A stretch of 64,000 bases of DNA from Candidatus Poribacteria bacterium (GTDB taxonomy: Bacteria; Poribacteria; WGA-4E; PCPOR2b). Under the pieces are notes generated by a model, which saw only the letters and a list, made by a program, of their open reading frames with translations, made no database searches and was not told where the DNA came from. Both the position numbers and the translations under genes were made by a program. The stretch is taken from NCBI GenBank assembly GCA_965208675.1, contig OZ242351.1, positions 2,432,001-2,496,000 of the forward strand. The letters are read 5' to 3'. Every line of letters begins with the position of its first letter. Within the stretch, counting starts at the first letter, position 1. Shown piece after piece: positions 40,401 to 47,494 of this stretch.

Positions 40401-42389
40401 CTGCCAGTTGTTCTTGCGGACTTGGGTCTGGGTGACGTTGCCGTTCTTGTCGTAGGTTGGGATGGTGTGCATGTTATCGGCAACGCGCCGGGTGTATTTT
40501 AGCTTTCTATCTTTCCAGTAGGCGTATTCGGTGCGTCTGCCCTGCGCGTCAATGTCTGCCGTTTTCAACCCGCGGTTGACATCCCACTCGGATTTGGTCT
40601 TGATGATATGGTCTGCACCGTTTACTGTGACGGTGGTCTTGACCTCGATTGGATACGTGTGATGGGTCGCATCATAGACAGTCTCCACAACCTTCTCTTG
40701 CGTTGTCCCCGGCATGAAGGTGGTCTTGGTTCGGTTGCCGTAGGAGTCGTAGGTGTGCTTGGTGATGATGTCGTGGTCGACGGCGTGGGGCTGTGTGCCG
40801 GTATTGGCTTTGCTGCGCTGCTCGGTGAGATTTCCCTTCGAGTCGTAGGTGAACGTCGTCTTATGCCCCATCGGGTCTATCTGCCAGAGGGGGCGGTTAA
40901 ACTTTGTCTCGTAGTCCGCCGTCCATTTGCGGAAAACAGAGCCATTCGTGGTATCTATCTGTTCCCAATTCGTGGCGTTGCCCATCTGACTGTTGTGGGT
41001 GGCATTTGTGCCCGCATAGTAGATTTTGTACAGAAAATCCAGGCTGGAAGAAGCACCGCCATGTTGCGATCTAATAAGATTTCTATTGGAGTATACCCAA
41101 CGCGAATCGGCATAAGACGCCCGCGGCATTTTCACACCTTTTACATATATCCAGCGTCTGCTTCCCAAACCGTGGTGTTTAGCAATGACGGCGCTTGAGG
41201 TGACAGTATAGCCGGCGTAATGCCGGTCGCTTCCGCTTTCTATGGCATGACGGCGGTTGTTATGTCTACTAGTAATAAAATAGTACCGGCGATATACTAT
41301 GTCCCCGTGAATGCTGCCTGCCTTGGGAAGATTTCTGACGTACACAGTTGACACCTGGAGGTGCTTGAGTCCATAGTTATATAAATAGCTAATTGTGGTT
41401 CGAGAGCCCAACGGAGAGACGATTGCTGAGAGATAGCGATAGTTATTCTTGTAGTAGGTTTCGTATTCGTATTGAGTCTTTAACTCACTGCCGCGGGGGT
41501 CGCCGGTGCCAAGCGGATGTGTAACGGATTTCAGGCAAGTTCGCACAGGTCTCGCGTATCTGCCATAGCAACCGTGGCTGTATTTTACCGTCCGATAGAC
41601 GGTTGTTAATGCCGTTGGCGTGCCCAAACCGAACTCAATTTTACTGATATGCCGCGTCAAATTCGTGTTATCTATCCGGACATCATAGTAGAATTTCAGT
41701 ATCCGTCCGAGCGAATCTTCCACCGCGACGAGCCGGGGATATTTAGGAGCGCTAGTGCCTTGATAGCGTGTCTCAGGTGCGTTCTCATAATGGAGTGTAA
41801 GTTTGTTGCCGTTCGGGTCTAAAATCTCTTTCAACACATACCGCGCGTAACGATCGGTGACAAGTTGCTCAAACGTGTATTTGATACCGTGCTTGGTTGT
41901 GTAGATAAATGCGCCAGCCTGTGTGCCTGACTGCACTAACTTCAAAGTGGCGCGCACCCCGGCTTTAGGGGTTAATTTTATGTTAGGTTTTCTGCCAGTT
42001 CCCGTAAAGGTATGTTTCGCGCCGCTGCCGGTGGTAATTGATACGATCTGCAGTTTGTAAGCTCTACTCCCGTAATGCCACGCCCCACCAGTGTATATAT
42101 CCCATTGATAGGAATGAGACCAATCGTGTCCGATATAACTGGCGCCTTGATACCAATTACGAGAGATGCCGTTGTAAATGTAATTCCGCGTAAATTCAAT
42201 CCCTAATCCGCGCCCCGGAACAACCAAATCGGTCTCCGAGTGAATGCTCCCAAAGGTAATCATATTGACCATGCCGTCCATCTCTTGCGGGTGACGCGGC
42301 ACCGGACTCCCGAACTGGCTTACGGCGGCGCTAGAGAAAGCGAATACCATCAGACTTATTAACATACAAAAACAGAAATTTCTTTTCAT
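37434..42389 (-). CDS. Rhs/YD-repeat protein with Sec signal, inserted LamG domain and a different HExxH C-terminal domain
   Basis: Same core as 27956; ARYYDP..RDPAG..NNPLGFVDPTG; CT with LVHEFSH..ELMA. Confidence 0.93.
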   Translation of the reverse strand: MKRNFCFCMLISLMVFAFSSAAVSQFGSPVPRHPQEMDGMVNMITFGSIHSETDLVVPGRGLGIEFTRNYIYNGISRNWYQGASYIGHDWSHSYQWDIYTGGAWHYGSRAYKLQIVSITTGSGAKHTFTGTGRKPNIKLTPKAGVRATLKLVQSGTQAGAFIYTTKHGIKYTFEQLVTDRYARYVLKEILDPNGNKLTLHYENAPETRYQGTSAPKYPRLVAVEDSLGRILKFYYDVRIDNTNLTRHISKIEFGLGTPTALTTVYRTVKYSHGCYGRYARPVRTCLKSVTHPLGTGDPRGSELKTQYEYETYYKNNYRYLSAIVSPLGSRTTISYLYNYGLKHLQVSTVYVRNLPKAGSIHGDIVYRRYYFITSRHNNRRHAIESGSDRHYAGYTVTSSAVIAKHHGLGSRRWIYVKGVKMPRASYADSRWVYSNRNLIRSQHGGASSSLDFLYKIYYAGTNATHNSQMGNATNWEQIDTTNGSVFRKWTADYETKFNRPLWQIDPMGHKTTFTYDSKGNLTEQRSKANTGTQPHAVDHDIITKHTYDSYGNRTKTTFMPGTTQEKVVETVYDATHHTYPIEVKTTVTVNGADHIIKTKSEWDVNRGLKTADIDAQGRRTEYAYWKDRKLKYTRRVADNMHTIPTYDKNGNVTQTQVRKNNWQTGTLIAQTKTEYDAMNRAVKAHSFKDNWTTPYATAETVYNIAGDISQTKDPRGLITNYTVDELGRVTKQTLPDGDWVETRYNTLNQVTKAWTSQTGTETSPAVSNTYDNLNRLSKVSYKTGEVVDYTYDLGDNVLTQKTNDGANTYTYTFTHDQLNRIKNRTDSLLGYKTVYEYDDSSMRTRMYVNPTTGSTTTKLYDVQYTYDEANRLLTVKDVLANKTESYGYFDIGALKKVTVPNGITAHRTLDNVNRLSTLTYKKDASTTLSSLTYTYDDKSNVTQLVRDDTGAGGSSKTFTFGYDNISRLTSANYGNETVSYTYDKSGNRLTQVSSVDGTTTYTVATNSNQLTYRSLVPEDTDFSTMNYTYDAEGKLTQRSEGTDSDAFTYGFGSQLKQIQKTRNNTVTQTLTYAYDGGGKRVKVSDSQGTRYFLYDGLMPVLELDSSKNITASYLYGGNGVVYRRKHNAVAHWHFDEGTGTVAHDVDGSQNGTLGGGTENKKPAWSTENGGSLLFDGTNDVVKVADSDALDLVGNTLTISCWVKRSTVASGNLVKKANASNGYRLWITSTGAVQFEVLFSGTTKTVTSATTIPLNTWKHVAARYDGSELRVFIGGTKDTASTASTASLAATTKALWMGFYDATNHHLNGYLDDVSIYDAALSDAEITKLSNNQMGRYEYHHTNALGSNIVLTDDNKNVLVRYEYDVFGAVRSEVGTSDNPRKFTGKEYESDVKLYYFAARYYDPYTGTFNQRDPAGQGVNWYAYAYNNPLGFVDPTGMYIVLPGGTEIRSVPKTDADGNYIRPAGLTDDGGLVWDAIFTGGINGTGIAGSGAAGGILTDIIESDVQVNIKFDKNLASDANTDPTDFHNSGITVNVKNTPNPQFVGQLIRLTTDLVHEFSHVHNFIMYPSVFLHGSSSYDKDFYLYVMELMAFDLGARFAIENMDWVVGKSKLGRWYVGYSRFTEGQLNTYGSADYTEQLRNLAATASNYFPR

Positions 42390-42409
42390 GATACTTTCCT
42401 CCTTTAGAT

Positions 42410-42478
42410 GCAGTGCCAGTAGCCAGTGGTCAGTGACCAGAATGAAGCTTTTACTGGCGACTGGGCACTAGCCACTGC
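42410..42478. repeat. Heptamer-based palindromic element (CAGTGNC units)
   Basis: GCAGTGCCAGTAGCCAGTGGTCAGTGACCAG...ACTGGCGACTGGGCACTAGCCACTGC; relatives inside CDSs at 44885-44957 and 46402-46483. Confidence 0.7.
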
Positions 42479-42479
42479 T

Positions 42480-43616
42480 TTATTCCGGTATCGGGGGACT
42501 TGTGTCACCGTTTGCGTCGTTGGCTCCCGTTGTTCCAACCGGTCCTATGTCTGCGCCCCGATCCTCAAGTATTGATAGATACTCCTTCGCTTTTTCCGAA
42601 TCGCCTCCGGCTTCAGACGTCTGCACAGCATGCCACAACGATTCGTCAATCAAACCGTCAAACCGTGCCTTTGCCGCCGCCAATGCCTCAGCACGCTCTT
42701 TCGCGCCGTCAAACAGAGCGGAGAACACATTCGCAAACACCGTATCCTTACGCGTTATACCCGCCGCTTCCGCGTATAACCGAGAAGCACTAAGCTGCCC
42801 ATCGGAGTTGTAGAAGTCTTCTTCCTTCGTCCACTTCGCCTTGGTCGCTAATTCCTGTACCTGCATCACATTGGCTTCAATGGCTAAAAGGTGTGTTGGG
42901 TAGTCTATCAGGAATTGCGCGTAGGATACCGTGTTGTCGGTGGTGAAGGCGGTCCGCGTCAGTTCTAATGCGTCGAACCACGTCTGACCGGCGTTGTGGT
43001 TGGAGATGCACCACACGCTCAACTTCACCGCTCCATCGGGCGGCAAAGCACTGACGGTGACTGTCCCCCAGTCGTTTTCGCCGGCGGGCAGCATAGGTGA
43101 GTCAGACGTGCTTATCATATCTCCATCTTTATTGAACCAGGCTATCAAGAGGTAGACTTCACCGTTGTTGCCTAGGGTCTTGACCTTCCCGGTCAGGGTG
43201 TACCACTGAAAACCGTCTCTCTCAACTGTAAGCTCGTCGCTTGACCATCGACCGTAGTTCCAGCGCGAGCTGTGGATGGAGATGCTGTGGCTGCCGGCGG
43301 ATTTGACCTCGGAATCCCAGATGTAGTTGTCACCGACAAACAAGGTCAGGGGCGTCCAGTTGTTCGGACCTGGGAGTTCCTCATTGTTGTTGCTTTCATC
43401 AAACGACGGGTTAGCGAGCGCGACAGTGACGGCGGCTGCAGGCTGCTCGTCATCACCAGGCCCCACACCAGGGCCGCCGCCGGTTCCGCCAGTACCGCCG
43501 GTTTCACCAGTGCCCCCGGTGTCGTCGTTTCCGCCGGGGATAGGTGACGCGTGGAGAAATGAAGTGGATAACAACAGGAAAAGAATCGTAATTGCGCTTA
43601 TGAAATACCTTGACAT
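42480..43616 (-). CDS. Secreted protein with Gly/Thr linker and CBM4/9-like carbohydrate-binding domain
   Basis: AGGAGG RBS before ATG 43616; signal peptide; ANPSFDE..W..WFDALEL galactose-binding-like pattern. Confidence 0.65.
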   Translation of the reverse strand: MSRYFISAITILFLLLSTSFLHASPIPGGNDDTGGTGETGGTGGTGGGPGVGPGDDEQPAAAVTVALANPSFDESNNNEELPGPNNWTPLTLFVGDNYIWDSEVKSAGSHSISIHSSRWNYGRWSSDELTVERDGFQWYTLTGKVKTLGNNGEVYLLIAWFNKDGDMISTSDSPMLPAGENDWGTVTVSALPPDGAVKLSVWCISNHNAGQTWFDALELTRTAFTTDNTVSYAQFLIDYPTHLLAIEANVMQVQELATKAKWTKEEDFYNSDGQLSASRLYAEAAGITRKDTVFANVFSALFDGAKERAEALAAAKARFDGLIDESLWHAVQTSEAGGDSEKAKEYLSILEDRGADIGPVGTTGANDANGDTSPPIPE

Positions 43617-43856
43617 GTTTTGACCTCCTAAGAGTTTGTTTGATAAAGTCATTTGATACGTTTGCGTATCAAAAATGTGGAAGCTATTCAACATCGCTAA
43701 GAACTTGTTTGAAAAGTCCTTCCTTTCCCGACGAAAAGGGACTGTAGGCATCGCGTAACCCTGCTGCCGTCTTCTGCCGCGGGAAGGATTAAAAGATGCA
43801 TCAATCTCTAGAGCCAGCCGGATTAGAGAAAGACAATCTGCCTCCCCTGTACTATG

Positions 43857-43872
43857 GCAAAAACCGTGCCAA
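43857..43872 (-). promoter_or_regulatory. sigma-54 (RpoN) -24/-12 promoter
   Basis: Minus strand TTGGCACGGTTTTTGC matches TGGCACG-N4-TTGC. Confidence 0.85.
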
Positions 43873-43992
43873 TGGTCGGTTTAAGGAGGAGTTCAACTCT
43901 GTAGAGACGGATAAATTCAGTGGTAGCCTAGGTTCGATGGATATGCGAAGGAGTCAGAAGGACGGTAGCGTGACAGGGTGCGGGTTGAAAAA

Positions 43993-44096
43993 GTCCCATA
44001 TTGGGACTGACAAGATTGGCAGAAATAGCGGATAAGCCTGTAATGACGCGGGATGGGGGCGTTTTCCCAATATGGGAATTTGTCCCATATTGGGAC
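43993..44096. promoter_or_regulatory. Three palindromic boxes TCCCA-N3-TGGGA; putative enhancer (bEBP UAS)
   Basis: GTCCCATATTGGGAC at 43993-44007 and 44082-44096; TTCCCAATATGGGAA at 44064-44078; 120-225 bp upstream of the sigma-54 site. Confidence 0.75.
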
Positions 44097-44578
44097 GAAA
44101 GAAGAAGGTTTAAGGGCGGATTAGTTCATTCAATTGATAATTTTTTTTGTAGGACAGGATTTTTTTCAAGATTTAAATAATTTTTCGGTAAATTCCGAGT
44201 GATGTCCGGTGCGGTTGGGGAACCGAATCTACCGAGTTGGACGGAATTCGCTGTAGTTGGGAAATCGCACCTACCGCCGTGAAAGGAGGTTATACGACTT
44301 CAATTTCCGATACAGTGTTGATTAACCAATCTTCAACGCGTACACCCTAATGGACGCGCATCACTGTCTACACATTGGGGGTAAGTCAGGGCACGAGGAG
44401 GTGGGGACTTTTTTTTGAAACTGTCCGACATGGTTAGGAGCGAGGTTGCATTGCCCATTAAGCAACGCAATCAAACAGTGCAATAGTATGACCGGATTCA
44501 TCGGGGGCATCGGAACGGAATACGTCTATATTCGTACCTCGATACCGAAATTGTAAAGCGGCGAGCATAGACAATTCT

Positions 44579-45466
44579 TTACTCGCCGCTCTCCTCTACT
44601 TTCAATTTCCACAACTTCAGCTTTTGTTGCTGTGTGCTGCGCATAACAACGACCTGCTGCGGTCCAATGGAGTGGATAGTTGCGCCAGCAATAACGTCTC
44701 CCACACGCGCCGTTTGTGCCCCAAATATGGCAATCGGGTTCGCTTCGTCCCACAGGATTCCTGTCAGTTGCGGTAAAGTCGACTCGGTCACCGAGATTTT
44801 GGCTGTGATCGATTGCGGTGCAGTTGCGTCAAAAACAAACGGGTTGCGTTTGACGGAAAATCTTCGTATTGCTGGCATCTCAATCAGTGGCGAGTGACTA
44901 GTGGAGAGTGGAGAGTTAAGGAATTGCTCTCCACTCATCACTCTCCACTCTCCACTGTCTCTTTTGTGCATCGGCGAAAGTGTCAGACTCATCCACAAGG
45001 TGTCTTTTTGCATTTTTCGTCGATAGAGCCGCACTTCCTCAATTCGTACCGTCGGGACTATCCGTTCCACAACTGACAAAAAAGTTATAAATCCGTTATA
45101 GTTACCTGAAAGCGTCAGTTGAATCGGGAGCGCGCCATAATCGCCGCGATGCCATTCTCGGAGTTCCTCAACGCCGACGAGGAATGGGGATAACCTATCG
45201 GAAATTTTTCCTAGCTCCGGCAAAAGTGCATCGGGTTCACGCCAGAGGAGTTGCTTTTCTATTCGATGGCGTTTCTCCTCTGCATCGGCGACCTGTTTCA
45301 TCCACTTTTGGTGGACAGTAGAAGCAGTGTCAGTGGTCTGTGATTTGTGACCAGTAGAAGACAAGTCCTTCTCTGTCGCCGTGGCACGCTTCCATTGGGC
45401 GAGTTGTACCACTAGCGCGGCAAACAGTATGAAGACTAGAAAGTAGAGTAATCGTATCATAATCAA
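44579..45466 (-). CDS. PilO/GspM-like protein with C-terminal PilP/GspC-like domain
   Basis: N-terminal TM; LPIQLTLSGNYNGFITFLSVVE; RNPF..LTGILWD..IAIF..RVGDVIAG. Confidence 0.65.
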   Translation of the reverse strand: MIMIRLLYFLVFILFAALVVQLAQWKRATATEKDLSSTGHKSQTTDTASTVHQKWMKQVADAEEKRHRIEKQLLWREPDALLPELGKISDRLSPFLVGVEELREWHRGDYGALPIQLTLSGNYNGFITFLSVVERIVPTVRIEEVRLYRRKMQKDTLWMSLTLSPMHKRDSGEWRVMSGEQFLNSPLSTSHSPLIEMPAIRRFSVKRNPFVFDATAPQSITAKISVTESTLPQLTGILWDEANPIAIFGAQTARVGDVIAGATIHSIGPQQVVVMRSTQQQKLKLWKLKVEESGE

Positions 45467-45659
45467 AAGGCAGTGGCGAGTGGAGAGTTAAAACTATCGC
45501 CTGAGATTTCTATGAAGAACTATCGTACTCAACTATTCGTTCGATCGATCGTTTCCTTCTGTTACTGTAGGAGGGACATCCCTGTCCCGACCATCGGGGC
45601 TAGGAAGCTAAGCAGGACTATCGCCCTCTCTATTCGGTCGGTTGATCCTACAGATATTG

Positions 45660-47294
45660 TCATTCAACTGCTTCTAACGAGGTGAGAGCTAATGTAAACT
45701 CCAGCCATCGCTTCCCGCCAATCAAGGTTTGTTCGGTCTCGACCTGTCGGACAGATGAGAATTCCGGTTGTGTGACTAAAGCGGCTCGGAACGCATTTAT
45801 CTCCGATTGAGCCGGTGCAACCCCGATAACCAATAGTGCGCGGCGGGCATCAAAGGTGACATCCGCTTTTGTCGCTTGAGATGGTAAAACAGTGCGTATC
45901 TCTGTTAGCCGCACAGTAGCGGGACACCGATTGGAAATTTGCACCAAACGCTCCGCCAACGTCGGGAAACGACGCTCGCCCCAAGCGAGATGCGCGAGCG
46001 CGTCTTCGATTTCGGTGTGACGTTCTTGCAGCGATTTGGTTTCCGTCTGCAATGTTTTTTCATGTGCGCGGGCACGACGAAGCGTATCAATACGCTCGCT
46101 CTTCGATTCGATTGTATCAAAGAGTTTCACGTTAGCACCCAACAGCAGGAGCAGCGCGGCTATCGGAATCATCCGCATCAGCAACCGCTTTCGCCGCAAT
46201 TTTCGTTTTACGGCTCTTTCGGCAAGCACCGGGGACAGCAGATTCAGGATAAAACCAGAGCCAGCGGTCAGTAACCTGTTGCCAGTGAAGGACGATTTTG
46301 CTGACCACCGGTCACTGGAAATTGGCCTCTGAATTGGTTTCAATAACGCCGTATGCCAATCGAAGGTGGATTCCGCAACCTCCGCAACCCCCAACTGTGA
46401 AGCAGTGCCAGTGGCTAGTGACCAGTAGCCAGCATTAGAAGCACTACTCTCACTGTTCACTGGCGCATGACCACTGGCACTGCCTTTGCTACTTTCGGCA
46501 GCATGGAGCAGGACAATCCTTTTCAGCGGTGTTCCCGTTGGGTTAGGACAGTTGGCTAGGCTATGCCGAACCGTTCGCCACAGTTGATCGGCGTTTTCGA
46601 TAACAAAGCTGCGCCCGAAGCAGATTTGAGCTTCCCTTTCTGGTCGGTCGGTTAATCCCGCCTCGACGACCACTAAATCGCACAGCTGTCCGTCGATATG
46701 TACGCCACATACCCGTTCCGAACCGTCCCAATGCGAAAGAAGTTGGTTGGCTAACACGACTGACTGCGGGGCTAGGTACGCCAATTCCACTCCCGAAAGC
46801 TGTGCTAAGACCGAAACTAACTTTCTCTTAAGCATCCAACCGACCAACAGCGTCGTCGGCGACAGTAACTGAAAATCGTAAGCGGCTGAATTCAAAGCGA
46901 TGGGAATGTGATTCTCGTTCTCCAGTGCGGTCTCAATCGCCACTTTTTGCAGTTCAACCGTGGCTTGGGGAACGGCATCCGACATTTGAATCCATTTGAG
47001 CAGCACCTCGTTGCTGGATATGGAGGCAAATACTGGCTGCGACTTTATGTCCGCAAGGAGGTAACGTACGGTTTCTGCGAGGGCGGGATGAGACAGCGGG
47101 TCAACGACTTGTCCCCTAAGACTATCGCACTCACTATCCGTTCGCTTGATCCCACCGTGGTAAGGGGGAGAACTCTCTGATGCCGGTAACGGTCGTGAAT
47201 CTTCCCGGACACACGTCCAGCTCCCGCCGCGCCAAACCATATCCGCTCGGCGGACTGCCGCGTGAGTTATCTGCAAACAGGTACAGCTTTTCAT
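45660..47294 (-). CDS. PilM/GspL-like domain fused to PilN-like domain
   Basis: Actin-like N-terminal region; LNLL motif then TM and coiled coil; CPATVRLTEI..VIGVA..FRAAL..FSSV..EFTL. Confidence 0.6.
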   Translation of the reverse strand: MKSCTCLQITHAAVRRADMVWRGGSWTCVREDSRPLPASESSPPYHGGIKRTDSECDSLRGQVVDPLSHPALAETVRYLLADIKSQPVFASISSNEVLLKWIQMSDAVPQATVELQKVAIETALENENHIPIALNSAAYDFQLLSPTTLLVGWMLKRKLVSVLAQLSGVELAYLAPQSVVLANQLLSHWDGSERVCGVHIDGQLCDLVVVEAGLTDRPEREAQICFGRSFVIENADQLWRTVRHSLANCPNPTGTPLKRIVLLHAAESSKGSASGHAPVNSESSASNAGYWSLATGTASQLGVAEVAESTFDWHTALLKPIQRPISSDRWSAKSSFTGNRLLTAGSGFILNLLSPVLAERAVKRKLRRKRLLMRMIPIAALLLLLGANVKLFDTIESKSERIDTLRRARAHEKTLQTETKSLQERHTEIEDALAHLAWGERRFPTLAERLVQISNRCPATVRLTEIRTVLPSQATKADVTFDARRALLVIGVAPAQSEINAFRAALVTQPEFSSVRQVETEQTLIGGKRWLEFTLALTSLEAVE

Positions 47295-47494
47295 CTTTTA
47301 GAAAAAGCGTTGGGTTTCGAAATCCTGTTCAACCCAACTTACAATCTGTCGCCCCGCTGGGGCTTAGGTGGGTGGGGTTGCGGTATTTCTATACACCTTC
47401 CGCCCCGCTGGGGCTTTTGGCTTGATTGTTGGGTTTCGCAGAAAACTATCGCCCTCGTTATTCACTCGGTTGATCGCTCGACCCAATCTACAGT

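Noticed and set aside
29205-41198. Plus-strand shadow ORFs inside the Rhs genes (e.g. 31109-31699, 37755-38342, 40608-41198)
   Set aside because: Antisense to well-supported Rhs CDSs, with no motifs or RBS.
43700-43850. c-di-GMP (GEMM) riboswitch in the sigma-54 leader
   Set aside because: Only the 3' GGCAGCAGGGTTAC resembles it; the GCAAA/GAAA 5' core is not visible.
42410-47490. CRISPR array
   Set aside because: The repeats are degenerate, irregularly spaced and partly inside ORFs; no cas genes.
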